Made by a program: the position numbers and the translations under genes
Source: an uncultured Gammaproteobacteria bacterium
GTDB taxonomy: Bacteria > Patescibacteriota > Microgenomatia > Levybacterales > UBA12049
Assembly: GCA_964637955.1 (NCBI GenBank)
Contig: CAZWXQ010000004.1
Coordinates: forward strand, 81,296-145,295
Reading direction: 5' to 3'
Length of the DNA stretch: 64,000 nucleotides
The notes under the pieces: model-generated
The model's database searches: none
What the model saw: only the letters and a program-made list of their open reading frames with translations
Told to the model about the DNA's origin: nothing
Shown: in pieces, positions 8,122 through 17,767 of the stretch
Layout of the letters: the number at the start of each line of letters is the position of its first letter
How positions within the stretch are numbered: position 1 is the first letter of the stretch

Positions 8122-9858
8122 ATGCAACCAACTCCTGAAGGAACACCAGCTCCACCAATTACACCTGAAGCGCAACCAGTAACTGCGCAAACTGCTCATC
8201 TCCCCGAAGCAAAAAAGCTGGGAACAGATGCTGCGAAGATGAGAGTTTCTGTTGATAGGAGAGTTGTAGATGCAGGAAACACGAGTGCAATTGATAAAAA
8301 AGCCGCAGAAGAACAAGTTTATGAAGAAATATTTAGAGAACAACAGACAGCAATAGAAGCTGCGCTCGAAGCAGACCCAGTCATGATTGATGCGCGAGCC
8401 AATGGCTGGTCACCTGAAGCAGAAAAAAATGCCTTATTAGACCCAGGAGATAGAGTTGGGGCAAAATCCTTGTCTGAGGCGGGAGCTCGTGTCAACGAAG
8501 CGCGACAACGACATGCTGTAGCAAAATGGGGCAAATTTGCCCAAGAAAATCCTCAAACAGCTCAAAAATATGCAGAACAGAACCCAGATGTTAGACATTT
8601 TATAGATACATACAAAGTACAGAAATTGGCAGAAGCCAGAATATTTGTGGATCGAGCATATCAACGATTAAAAAGCCTGGATCCTGAGTACATAGCGGCA
8701 CAACAACTTGGTGGAAAAATTGGAGCAGCTGAAGCTCAATTAAGACCTGCGCTAGAAGCTAAGGCTTTTGATGAATTAGTTGAAGCAGATCCAGATGCAA
8801 CAAGATTTCTTTTAGATTACGGCGATGAACCTGGCTTAGCAGAGATACCCAAAATAAAAGCAGCCTACGAGAGATATTTCGTTAGGCAAGAAACCAGAAA
8901 AGCAGAAATTGCAACCGAAACAGCTAGAATAGCGCAGGAAAAGGGTGCTGAAGAAGCTCTAAAAGCTTTAGCCTCTGACGAAGCAAAAAAGAAAAGAAGC
9001 GAGGCAGCAAAAAAAGGAGCAGCTACAAAAGCCGCGAATAAAGAAGCAGCCAAAAGAAGGGCTGAGCAAGAAGACCCTAGAAACATACCAATTGGTCCTG
9101 ATGGAAAACCTATGACATGGGACGAGGTAGATATAGCCTTGGGATTTAAACCTCCAAAACAAGAAAATTTACCAATTGGTCCTGATGGAAAACCTATTTC
9201 ATGGGACGAAGCAGCAAGAGTTTTGGGATACGGAGCTGGTGCAGACGGATCAAAACCTGGCATAGCTCCAGCTGAAGTACAGCCTGCTGCAGCGGCTAAA
9301 ACTCCAGAACCTCCTACAACTGTCCGCCCAGATGCAGGAAGAAGAATCGAACCTAAAATAATAAATGGTGTGGCATATCATCCAGACCATTTACCGGATG
9401 CGCACTCAAGGCCTGATGGAACAATTGAGTTTAGAGGTGGAGTAAAATTTATAGGTGAAGCTCCAACTCCCATAGACTCAAGAAGAGAAAAACCGCAAGC
9501 TCCCGCCAGTGAAAGATCTCTTCAGGTTGCAGTCACAATAGCAAATTTAGAGCGAAACTTACTAACAGCAAAAGACAGGAAACTTTCTAAGCCTCAAATA
9601 GAGGCACTTTCAAAAAAGCTCCAAGAAGCAAAATCAGCGTTTTTTGCCTTACAAAATGAAGTCGCCACTGAAGGAATTATCGCAAATGTTTCAAGTGAGC
9701 AAAATCTTGAAAAGCGAGCGACAACAGCTAAGAGTATCGTTGCAAATGAAAGAGATCCTAAAAAAAGACTTAATTTATTAAATGCATTTATCGCAGCTGG
9801 AGTTCTTATAGCAGGAACTACATTTGTAGGAGCAAGCGAAGCCAGAAGAGTCGCTTAA
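8122..9858 (+). CDS. Ala/Glu/Lys-rich coiled-coil protein with C-terminal TM anchor and internal tandem repeat
   Basis: 578 aa. Tandem 16-aa repeat LPIGPDGKP(M/I)(T/S)WDE at 9075-9215. C-terminal hydrophobic helix LLNAFIAAGVLIAGTTFVGA. Looks GC-richer than flanks by eye. Confidence 0.6.
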   Translation: MQPTPEGTPAPPITPEAQPVTAQTAHLPEAKKLGTDAAKMRVSVDRRVVDAGNTSAIDKKAAEEQVYEEIFREQQTAIEAALEADPVMIDARANGWSPEAEKNALLDPGDRVGAKSLSEAGARVNEARQRHAVAKWGKFAQENPQTAQKYAEQNPDVRHFIDTYKVQKLAEARIFVDRAYQRLKSLDPEYIAAQQLGGKIGAAEAQLRPALEAKAFDELVEADPDATRFLLDYGDEPGLAEIPKIKAAYERYFVRQETRKAEIATETARIAQEKGAEEALKALASDEAKKKRSEAAKKGAATKAANKEAAKRRAEQEDPRNIPIGPDGKPMTWDEVDIALGFKPPKQENLPIGPDGKPISWDEAARVLGYGAGADGSKPGIAPAEVQPAAAAKTPEPPTTVRPDAGRRIEPKIINGVAYHPDHLPDAHSRPDGTIEFRGGVKFIGEAPTPIDSRREKPQAPASERSLQVAVTIANLERNLLTAKDRKLSKPQIEALSKKLQEAKSAFFALQNEVATEGIIANVSSEQNLEKRATTAKSIVANERDPKKRLNLLNAFIAAGVLIAGTTFVGASEARRVA

Positions 9859-10418
9859 GATTTTTCCAAAGGGAAATTTTTATATAGCCAATCCCCAAGA
9901 TTCTCCTGGAAATTTGGCTTTACATATTCTCTGAAAGGCAAATATGGAAGTATTGCATGTTTTAACTGGTCTCTATGAAGCTCCCCGAGAGTCAGAATAA
10001 TTTCACCAGGCAAAAATGACTGGGTACGAATATGAAGTGTATCTTGTCCATCATATCTTCTGAAATAAAAGTCATAAAGCTCCTGCCAAAGATAAAAATG
10101 ATCTTCTATCGTTACTCCTTCTGTAGAAATCTTATATCTAAAAGTTTTTGGCTCAATTGAAGTAAGAGCAAATCCTGCAAAAACAAGAGAGACTATTAAG
10201 ACCATAAAGAGATATTGAGAAAATAAAAACAATATCACTTCAATAAGAAGCGTAATGAGAAGAGCAGTCGTATAAAACTGCTTACTTCTTTTTCGAAATG
10301 GTCTTCCTGGAGCATCCCAAGATAAAAGTGTTCTTACGTCGTGATATGCATGCTCAGTGTGATGAGAGCTTTCATGACTTCGCATTTCAGAGGATTTTTC
10401 GACAACTTCTTTCTCCAT
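9855..10418 (-). CDS. hypothetical membrane protein (2 TM + soluble domain, bacterial-PH-like)
   Basis: Two adjacent hydrophobic helices followed by a roughly 100-aa domain; His-rich N-terminus. Confidence 0.5.
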   Translation of the reverse strand: MEKEVVEKSSEMRSHESSHHTEHAYHDVRTLLSWDAPGRPFRKRSKQFYTTALLITLLIEVILFLFSQYLFMVLIVSLVFAGFALTSIEPKTFRYKISTEGVTIEDHFYLWQELYDFYFRRYDGQDTLHIRTQSFLPGEIILTLGELHRDQLKHAILPYLPFREYVKPNFQENLGDWLYKNFPLEKS

Positions 10419-10551
10419 AATTTAACTGTAACCGAAGATTAATTCTTCGTCAAGCAAAGTAATAGCGTTAGCATCATTTGTTTGATAAAATATACTCCTG
10501 ATAAAACAAGGAGAAGTTCTAAAAAAAACTCCCTATTTATCAAAATGTTGT

Positions 10552-10638
10552 GGAGAGGTCGCATAGTGGACTAGTGCGGCTGTCTTGAAAACAGCTGTGG
10601 GTGCAAGCCTACCGCGAGTTCGAATCTCGCCCTCTCCG
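10552..10638 (+). tRNA. tRNA-Ser (anticodon UGA), type II
   Basis: GGAGAGG-TC-GCATAGTGGACTAGTGC-G-GCTGT-CTTGAAA-ACAGC, long variable arm, GCGAG-TTCGAAT-CTCGC-CCTCTCC-G. Confidence 0.85.
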
Positions 10639-10691
10639 CATTCCCTAAATCCTTGACTTCTTTTTTAAAATAAAGCAAACTTAAATTAGCT

Positions 10692-12272
10692 ATGATTTCT
10701 GCCCGATCTACCTTGCTTGATTTTAGCTTGTTTCGAAATAAGTTAATTCTAGGATTAATTTTCTTTGTAACACTTTTATTTATATTTTCTTTCCAAATCG
10801 CACATAAATCATTCGCATACGAATCGCAGAATACTTATTCAGATTCAACTTCAGATGTAAACGTCGGAAATTCATCTGAAAACGCACTGGGAACAAGTCC
10901 CGATGTTCCAAATAACTTAAGCAGCTTCGTTCAAATTCTCATGATAGAAAGCTTATCCGCAGCAAACTGCCAACTCGCAGGATTTGATCCCACAAGACCA
11001 AATCAAAAATGTCTTGGCATAAATCCCCGCACTGGAAGAATTGGATACGTCGAAAATGGCGGTGGCGTAATAGGTTTTATGGGAAAAGCGATCGACTCTA
11101 CTCTTGTTCCTCCGATTAATTCAACTCAATATGTAGCATATCTAAAAAATAATTTTGGGATCGTAAAATCAACATATGCTGCAGATGAAGCATCAGTCAA
11201 TCCATGTATAAACAGTAATCGCGGATTGGGCTTTTGCTCTATTCTTCCCATCCTAGACTTATGGGTAGCAATGAGAAACATAGTTTATCTGATTCTTATT
11301 CTTATTTTCATAGTAATAGGAGTCGGAATTATGCTTAGAATTCATATTGATCCTAGAACTGTAATGACAGTCCAGAATCAGATTCCGAAAATCATAGGCG
11401 GAATCATCGTAATTTCCTTTTCCTTTGCCATAGCAGGATTTCTCATAGATATAATGTGGGTAACTACATACTTATTTGCAAGCGTCTTAGGCGGAGCCAC
11501 GGGACTAAACAATGAATCTATGGTAAGTATAGTTAGGGCGGCAAATCCTATTGATGCAGCCAACGTAATTGGAAACGGCGGAGTAATTGACGTAGCAGCA
11601 AAAGCCTCTCAAGCCTTGGCAGAGCTTGTCTCCATGGCATTTACGAACCAGGATTTAGGAGTTCTTGATGACATAGTCCATCCTCTTGTAAGCGCAGCTG
11701 CATTTTTCGTATTTGTTATTGCTATTATCGTAGCTCTCATGAGACTTTGGGTATCATTAATTATTACTTATGTGATGATAATTTTAGATATAGTGTTTGC
11801 GCCGTTTTGGATTCTTGCTGGAGCACTTCCAGGCTCATCTGCAGGAATCGGCGCATGGTTTAAGGATATGCTTGCGAATTTAGCAGTATTTCCTGTAGCA
11901 ATTGCTTTCTTTATTCTTGCAAACTTCTTTGTGGATGCATTCTCTAACACTAATTTCCCTCAAAACGAAATGGCTCCTCCGCTTCTTGGCGGAACCAATT
12001 CTTCAGCTGTTGCCGCCATAATTGGCCTTGGATTTTTACTCATGCTTCCAAATTTACTAACAACTACAAAAGGATTCTTTAAGGCTCCAAAGATTAACTT
12101 CGGAAACATCATGGGACCAGTGGGAGTTGGAACAGGAGTAGTCTTTGGTTCACCAAAGAGATTTAGTAGCGGAGTACTTAATGAAACAACTAGAATGAGA
12201 TATGTAAATGGTCATCCTACTGAGCCAGGTGGAGTCAAGAGAGTAATTAGAATTTTCCGCGGCGGCCACTAA
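10692..12272 (+). CDS. polytopic membrane protein, candidate VirB6/TrbL-like T4SS channel component
   Basis: 526 aa with about 7-8 hydrophobic helices and Gly-rich loops after an N-terminal secreted domain. Placement at the edge of the T4SS island. Assignment is by architecture only. Confidence 0.5.
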   Translation: MISARSTLLDFSLFRNKLILGLIFFVTLLFIFSFQIAHKSFAYESQNTYSDSTSDVNVGNSSENALGTSPDVPNNLSSFVQILMIESLSAANCQLAGFDPTRPNQKCLGINPRTGRIGYVENGGGVIGFMGKAIDSTLVPPINSTQYVAYLKNNFGIVKSTYAADEASVNPCINSNRGLGFCSILPILDLWVAMRNIVYLILILIFIVIGVGIMLRIHIDPRTVMTVQNQIPKIIGGIIVISFSFAIAGFLIDIMWVTTYLFASVLGGATGLNNESMVSIVRAANPIDAANVIGNGGVIDVAAKASQALAELVSMAFTNQDLGVLDDIVHPLVSAAAFFVFVIAIIVALMRLWVSLIITYVMIILDIVFAPFWILAGALPGSSAGIGAWFKDMLANLAVFPVAIAFFILANFFVDAFSNTNFPQNEMAPPLLGGTNSSAVAAIIGLGFLLMLPNLLTTTKGFFKAPKINFGNIMGPVGVGTGVVFGSPKRFSSGVLNETTRMRYVNGHPTEPGGVKRVIRIFRGGH

Positions 12273-12285
12273 TCTTTTAGCTTTA

Positions 12286-15200
12286 TTATACGTCTTCTGA
12301 TTTTAATCCTTCTCCTACTGTCTTTGTGGTAGCATTATATCCTTCAAAGAATATCCAGAGCATGAAGAAAAGAAGTCCTCTGTAAACCTGAAACCTTGTT
12401 CTGTCTTTAGTTCTGGTACGGGACAACTCCTTCATCTCTTCCCAAAGTTCCTCCCCATGGCTACCCACAAAATCTGTCTTGTGATGATCTAAAAACAGGA
12501 GCATGTCATCGTTATTAAACGCTGGGGCTTCAGGTCCGAAAATTTCTTGGAGCTCATTAACTGGCCCTTTATTTGGCTTTCTTTTCCAATCCATCATTTC
12601 ATACCAAGTCCTAGCTACGCCTTTATCTTTTTCTGTTAATGTTCCCATCAGCTTATAACTTCCAAAAGTATGACGGAATACTAAGGCTGCAACTCCCGGA
12701 TCTCTATATGCTTTAACTGTAGCTGCAGCTGCTAGGGCGGCTTTTAATTTTTCTTCTTCAGACTCGGCTGTTAAAAATGTTATATAGCTTTTATGAGTTT
12801 CGGCTGCAGCAGTCGCATCATTAAATGTTCTCTTATATGCGTCTCCCCCGCTTTCTGGCGAAAGCTTTTTAGATAGTGCAGTTAGTCCCATTTCTAAGTC
12901 TTCAAACTCCATCCTGTCCAATAGCCCATCATCGACTGTAAATGTACGTAAGTTTACTTGTGCAAATCTAGAATCCTTCATTAATTTCTTAATCGTATCT
13001 GGATTTCCCGCAAATTGTTGTAATTTACCAAATAAAGTCGCTATTTTCTGAGCCTGGTCTGGACCTTTTGAAGCAAGCATGTTATCAAGAAGCTTTGCAT
13101 ACTCAGGGCGAGACATTATTTGGGAAAAATCTATTTGCTCAGGAAGCCTATTATCTTTACCGCTATACCCTAGCTCTCTAATAAGCCTTAGTGAGGCTCC
13201 ATAATCTCTTTTAAAAACATCATATAAAGTCAAATGATTTGCCTCATCAGCAGCTGTTAATTTTATTCCAGCCTCTGTAAACGCTCTGTTTGCAGCTTCT
13301 ATCTCATGCTGATGATGATCTCCATGCTCCCTAAACATTCTTACAACATCCTCTGGTTTGTATCTAGCAATCTGCTTCCATACCTTAACTCTTTCTTCGT
13401 CTTTATACTTATCCTTATCTCCTTGACTCATTCCTTTCCACCCTGGCGTATTGTAATAAGTACCATTCTGAAGAACTCTAAGCCTCATAAATAATCCGAA
13501 TTCTTTTGCCCTATCCAGTGCTTGCTGCCTATCTGCTTCGCTCAATTGACTTATGTGGGTGAGATTTCTTTGCTTTGCTATGCGATATTGCATATTTTGG
13601 TCAATTTGCTTCATAAACTCATCAAGTTTCCATCCAGATGAATACCAGTCATTTACCTGCATAAGATCTTTCATAAGCTCAGATCCATAATCCTCAAGAG
13701 CAGCCCTAGTATAATCTGGCTTAGCATCACTTCCCTTAACATGCTCATCCTCATGCTGTTTAATATGTGGATCTATTTTTATTCTCTCTTGTGCCCAAGT
13801 CTCAAAATTAATTCCTTTTTTTCTCAATGTAGATTCTGCATATCTTCTTTTTATTGCATTAAAAAATAACTGTTGTTCATGATTTAACGTTCCAAATTTA
13901 TCAATAAGAAGCTCTTCCATATTAAACATCTGAAATAGTGCTGAAGGATCTGCTAAAATTCCCTGAAGGTTAACGCCATTATCAAGAGCATTTCCACGAG
14001 CTACTATTACAGCCTCTCTCTGAGATGCTACGAAATGGTCATAAGCCGTTCTAACTGCTCTTCGTATATTTTCTTTAGCAAGAGTATTCATTCTTGAATC
14101 ACTCATGACTCCCATGTCTATTGAGGCTGGGTTTAAACCTATTTCTGCATACAAATCTTGATTTCCTGAAGCCATTATTAGCTGCGCATATTCGTCTATT
14201 ACTCTTGACTGAATTTTTGAGTGCTCTACGGGGGTCATGTGCTGATTTGCTAAAGTTATTCTTGTATCATCATATATTTCATTTATCCTGTTATGCATCC
14301 TGTTAACTAAACCACCCTCAAAACTAAGAGTATTCATGATTCCATGAGTACCAAGCGTTCCTGCAATTCCCCCTATACCTTCAAGGTTCTTCTGCTGAAC
14401 AGCTGAGCGGGCAAACATGGTATAAAGTCTATTTGTAAATTCTTCAGCAAACCTGTTAAGCTCTTTTGGATTTCTACGTCCATATTCAGTATTTGTAAGC
14501 CAACTTAAAGCTCTTTCATGAAGCTGCTGCGCACCCTGAACCAGAGGAGAACTCTGCTCCATTCCCTCTGCTGAAAAGTTGTAAATTTTATTCATTTGGC
14601 CCTCAAGCCATTTCATTGGATCTTCTGAAAGTTCGTCAAAATCCTTAGTAGTAAGATAAAGCCTAAAAGTATCTCGACTATCAAAATCTGATTGCTTAAT
14701 CTGTTCACCTATTGCGTCTTCTAGTAACTTCAATTCCTGAGATAATTCAGTTGCCTGTCTTTGCTTATCTCCTGAAGAAGTATCTATTATTTTTTGAACC
14801 GCCTTATTATACTCACCTATTAATACGGGGTCGTGGATTAAATTGTTTTTTGCAAAAGCCAACTTAACAACCATATTTTTTACCTCAGGATCGGAGTATT
14901 TATCTGCATCAAAAATCTGTATTTGTTGCGCATCAGGAGCCTCTTGCTCTGGATTTCTAGGCCTTCCCCCAGCCTGCTGTCCCTGAGGCCTTTGCTGCTT
15001 TTGTTGTCTTGGATTAAAAATGCCCTTTAACCTATCTTCTGCTAAGCGCTTAATAGTAACATCGGGATTCTGAAGCAATTTCGTGAGCTCAGCGACTTCT
15101 GCAACCTGCTCGGGAGAAAGATCAGCCACATCTGATGAACCTGCCCTTGCTGCCTCTCGAGCACGTATTTGATCCGCGGCCTGTCTTAATTCAGCCGTAC

Positions 15201-15351
15201 TACCAGACTCAGCATTTCTTAAAATTTGAGCTGAATGCTCGTCTCCTGTAATAAATTCTGGGCCCATTCCGCTTCCATCTGGCATACTATTAGGATAGGG
15301 GTTTTGGCTTGCGCCTGTCAATTGACCTGGATTAAAATTATCTCTTTCCAT
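12286..15351 (-). CDS. large hypothetical protein (1021 aa) with C-terminal TM anchor
   Basis: Long uninterrupted ORF with coding composition. C-terminal helix VYRGLLFFMLWIFFEGY. His-rich patch HGDHHQHE. No confident enzymatic motif. Confidence 0.6.
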   Translation of the reverse strand: MERDNFNPGQLTGASQNPYPNSMPDGSGMGPEFITGDEHSAQILRNAESGSTAELRQAADQIRAREAARAGSSDVADLSPEQVAEVAELTKLLQNPDVTIKRLAEDRLKGIFNPRQQKQQRPQGQQAGGRPRNPEQEAPDAQQIQIFDADKYSDPEVKNMVVKLAFAKNNLIHDPVLIGEYNKAVQKIIDTSSGDKQRQATELSQELKLLEDAIGEQIKQSDFDSRDTFRLYLTTKDFDELSEDPMKWLEGQMNKIYNFSAEGMEQSSPLVQGAQQLHERALSWLTNTEYGRRNPKELNRFAEEFTNRLYTMFARSAVQQKNLEGIGGIAGTLGTHGIMNTLSFEGGLVNRMHNRINEIYDDTRITLANQHMTPVEHSKIQSRVIDEYAQLIMASGNQDLYAEIGLNPASIDMGVMSDSRMNTLAKENIRRAVRTAYDHFVASQREAVIVARGNALDNGVNLQGILADPSALFQMFNMEELLIDKFGTLNHEQQLFFNAIKRRYAESTLRKKGINFETWAQERIKIDPHIKQHEDEHVKGSDAKPDYTRAALEDYGSELMKDLMQVNDWYSSGWKLDEFMKQIDQNMQYRIAKQRNLTHISQLSEADRQQALDRAKEFGLFMRLRVLQNGTYYNTPGWKGMSQGDKDKYKDEERVKVWKQIARYKPEDVVRMFREHGDHHQHEIEAANRAFTEAGIKLTAADEANHLTLYDVFKRDYGASLRLIRELGYSGKDNRLPEQIDFSQIMSRPEYAKLLDNMLASKGPDQAQKIATLFGKLQQFAGNPDTIKKLMKDSRFAQVNLRTFTVDDGLLDRMEFEDLEMGLTALSKKLSPESGGDAYKRTFNDATAAAETHKSYITFLTAESEEEKLKAALAAAATVKAYRDPGVAALVFRHTFGSYKLMGTLTEKDKGVARTWYEMMDWKRKPNKGPVNELQEIFGPEAPAFNNDDMLLFLDHHKTDFVGSHGEELWEEMKELSRTRTKDRTRFQVYRGLLFFMLWIFFEGYNATTKTVGEGLKSEDV

Positions 15352-15426
15352 AATGAGCGTAGTGTAAAGGAGTTAGCCCAAATAGGCTTGATATTAGAAT
15401 TACAAGCGCCTAACAATTGCCTTATA

Positions 15427-15500
15427 TTTACCATTTACCATTTATGATTTATGATTTATGATTTATGATTTATGATTTACTAAATACCATTTATGATTTA
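15427..15500. repeat. tandem heptamer array (TTTACCA x2, TTTATGA x5, then TTTACTA/TTTATGA variants)
   Basis: Read directly: ccatttaccatttatgatttatgatttatgatttatgatttatgatttactaaataccatttatgatttac, immediately upstream of a four-helix-bundle gene. Confidence 0.8.
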
Positions 15501-15548
15501 CTAAAAATTATTTACTATTTTACATTTACGATTTATCATTTAAATAAT

Positions 15549-15914
15549 GTGAATTCTCAAAAAGAAAAATTAGAATTACGACTGAAAAATTTTGGAATTG
15601 AGATCATTAAATTAGTTCGAGTATTACCCAAATCAGAAGAAAATAAAATTTTTGCAAATCAGATCATTAGATCCTCAACATCAATTGGTGCGAATTATGC
15701 TGAGGCAATCTATGGCCAAACAAAACAAGAATTTTTCCACTGTCTTAATATCTGCAGAAAAGAAACAAACGAAACACTTTACTGGCTGGAAATGATTTTA
15801 CTTACAAATCCAAGCTACAATAAGCAAATTGATATTTTAATTCTCGAGAACAAAGAATTACTTAGAATATTTATAAGCTCTGTTAAAACAATTAGCACAA
15901 AAAATGATAAATGA
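15549..15914 (+). CDS. four-helix-bundle protein (23S rRNA intervening-sequence protein family)
   Basis: KNFGIEIIKLVRVLPKSEE...IRSSTSIGANYAEA signature. Likely GTG start at 15549, in frame with the longer track ORF 15465.. whose N-terminus is repeat-encoded. Confidence 0.7.
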   Translation: MNSQKEKLELRLKNFGIEIIKLVRVLPKSEENKIFANQIIRSSTSIGANYAEAIYGQTKQEFFHCLNICRKETNETLYWLEMILLTNPSYNKQIDILILENKELLRIFISSVKTISTKNDK

Positions 15915-15938
15915 TATTTGGTATATAATAATTGATAT

Positions 15939-17276
15939 ATGAACGAAAACGAACTTGTGTTTGAGCGGTTTGAAGCTCTTTATCCTCCAGAAAGCTGGGA
16001 AAATGAAATTAAAAAGTTAGTTGGATTTATTTACTCAGGGAATTCAACTGAAATCATTGGATTTCCAGGTGTTGGAAGATCAAATTTACTTGGAGTACTT
16101 TCCTACAACAGAGCCTGCCGAGAACATAACCTTGGAGACAAACAAACTCAATTTCATTTTATACTCATGAATTTTACCGAAATGAGGAAAAAGAGCGAGC
16201 TTGAAGTCTTAAAATTCTTTTTTATCTCGATCGTTGATTCCTTAAAAGAGAGAAAAATGACCGAAGAAGCCCAGAGAGCCCAGGCGCTTCTTAAAGAAAG
16301 CTTTGAGATCCAGGATCAACAAGTTATCTTGCAAGGCTTAAAAAAGCTCGTTGATTATATTTCAATTGAAAAAAACTTAACCCTAGTATTCTTAATCGAC
16401 AGATTTGAAGAATATATTCCATATGTTACTCCGGAATTTTTCACTGATCTTAGGGCTCTTAGAAATAGAGCAAAATATAAATTTTCCGTAGTCTTCTCGG
16501 TGAATAGACCGTTTCAAGAATTACTAGATCCTGCTACTTATATTGATTTTAATGAATTCCTAGATGGTAATGAGATATATCTTCCCTTAAAAGACAATGC
16601 AAGTTTAAATTTTAGAATCGGCTTTCTGCAAATGAAAGCAAATGAAAATATTTCTCTGGAAAAAATAAACGAGGTATTAACCTTAACATCTGGACACGGA
16701 AAGCTAACCAGACTTTCTATCGAAGCTTTAATGGAAACAGAAGATGTTGACGACTTAAAATCACTTCTACTTAAAAGGCAAAAAATAATTTCTCTTTTTA
16801 ATGAAATCTTAAAAGGCCTAACTCCTTCAGAGCAAAATTATCTTAAAGATTTTGATCCTAAATATAAATCTGAATATCTTGAAAAAATTCATCTTATAAC
16901 TGAGGGTAAAATTTCAATTCCTCTTTTCGAAAGCTTCATAAATGAGCAAAAAAATAATCCTACAGAAGTAAAATCAGAAAAAATTACTTATAATCCTGAT
17001 ACTAACGAAATAAAAGATGGGGAAACTGTACTTTCTGATTCTCTAACATCTTCTGAATATAAATTATTAAAATTTCTAGTAGAAAACGAAGGAAAAATCC
17101 TAGAAAGAGATGAAATAATTAATGCTGTTTGGAAAGATCTATCCTCTACTGCAGGCGTGAGCGAACAAGCGCTTGACCAGCTAATCTTTAGGGTCAGGAA
17201 AAAAATTGAAGAAAATCCGAACACTCCAATCCATCTCCAAACCATAAAAGGGCGGGGATTTAAATTTACCACATAA
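15939..17276 (+). CDS. P-loop (AAA-like) NTPase fused to C-terminal OmpR/PhoB-type winged-helix DNA-binding domain (transcriptional regulator)
   Basis: Walker-A-like GFPGVGRSNLLGVL (Lys replaced by Arg). C-terminal trans_reg_C-like segment SSEYKLLKFLVENEGKILERDEIINAVW...LIFRVRKKIE...IHLQTIKGRGFKF. Confidence 0.65.
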   Translation: MNENELVFERFEALYPPESWENEIKKLVGFIYSGNSTEIIGFPGVGRSNLLGVLSYNRACREHNLGDKQTQFHFILMNFTEMRKKSELEVLKFFFISIVDSLKERKMTEEAQRAQALLKESFEIQDQQVILQGLKKLVDYISIEKNLTLVFLIDRFEEYIPYVTPEFFTDLRALRNRAKYKFSVVFSVNRPFQELLDPATYIDFNEFLDGNEIYLPLKDNASLNFRIGFLQMKANENISLEKINEVLTLTSGHGKLTRLSIEALMETEDVDDLKSLLLKRQKIISLFNEILKGLTPSEQNYLKDFDPKYKSEYLEKIHLITEGKISIPLFESFINEQKNNPTEVKSEKITYNPDTNEIKDGETVLSDSLTSSEYKLLKFLVENEGKILERDEIINAVWKDLSSTAGVSEQALDQLIFRVRKKIEENPNTPIHLQTIKGRGFKFTT

Positions 17277-17314
17277 ATCTAAGATGAATGATTTAAGATT
17301 AATGAATAAAGAGC

Positions 17315-17767
17315 ATGAAAGACGGAAAGATTGAGTCATTTACCGATTTAGTGGTATGGCAAGAGGGTCATAAGCTTGTTGTTGAAATCTACATGATTAC
17401 CAAAGACTTTCCAAACGAAGAAAAATATTCCACAACTGATCAGATGAGAAGAGCTTCTTCATCAGTCACAGCTAATATTGCAGAAGGATTTGGAAGACAA
17501 GGTATTAAAGAAAAAATCCAATTTTATTATCTTTCCAAAGACTCCCTTTCTGAATTAAAAAATTTTCTCTTCATTGCAAGGGATGTGGGATATTTATCAG
17601 AGGTCAAATTCAATTACTTATTGGAAAATTCAAACACAGTTGACAAACTTTTGCAGGGTCTTATTAGAAAAGTAAAACCTTCATCAATCCTTAATCTTAA
17701 ATCATCAATCTTCATAGAGGTTGCAATCTTTTCAACTCTATTCGGCTGTAGCTTTATGAAGAATTGA
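17315..17767 (+). CDS. four-helix-bundle protein (23S rRNA IVS protein family)
   Basis: DLVVWQEGHKLVVEIYMITKDFPNEEKYSTTDQMRRASSSVTANIAEGFGR signature. Confidence 0.75.
   Translation: MKDGKIESFTDLVVWQEGHKLVVEIYMITKDFPNEEKYSTTDQMRRASSSVTANIAEGFGRQGIKEKIQFYYLSKDSLSELKNFLFIARDVGYLSEVKFNYLLENSNTVDKLLQGLIRKVKPSSILNLKSSIFIEVAIFSTLFGCSFMKN

Noticed and set aside
8110-9263. Several 60-130-aa minus-strand ORFs (8110..8343, 8319..8534, 8437..8664, 8865..9263, 8968..9162)
   Set aside because: All lie inside and antisense to the 578-aa ORF 8122..9858, which has the coherent repeat structure and TM tail.
12286-15351. Relaxase or lytic transglycosylase assignment for the 1021-aa protein
   Set aside because: The His-rich patch HGDHHQHE does not match the relaxase three-His motif context (HxDxxNxHxH), and no SLT ES motif was recognisable.
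15465-15548. N-terminal 28 residues of track ORF 15465..15914 (MIYDLLNTIYDLL...)
   Set aside because: Encoded by the heptamer tandem repeat; homology to the 4HB family starts at the in-frame GTG 15549.
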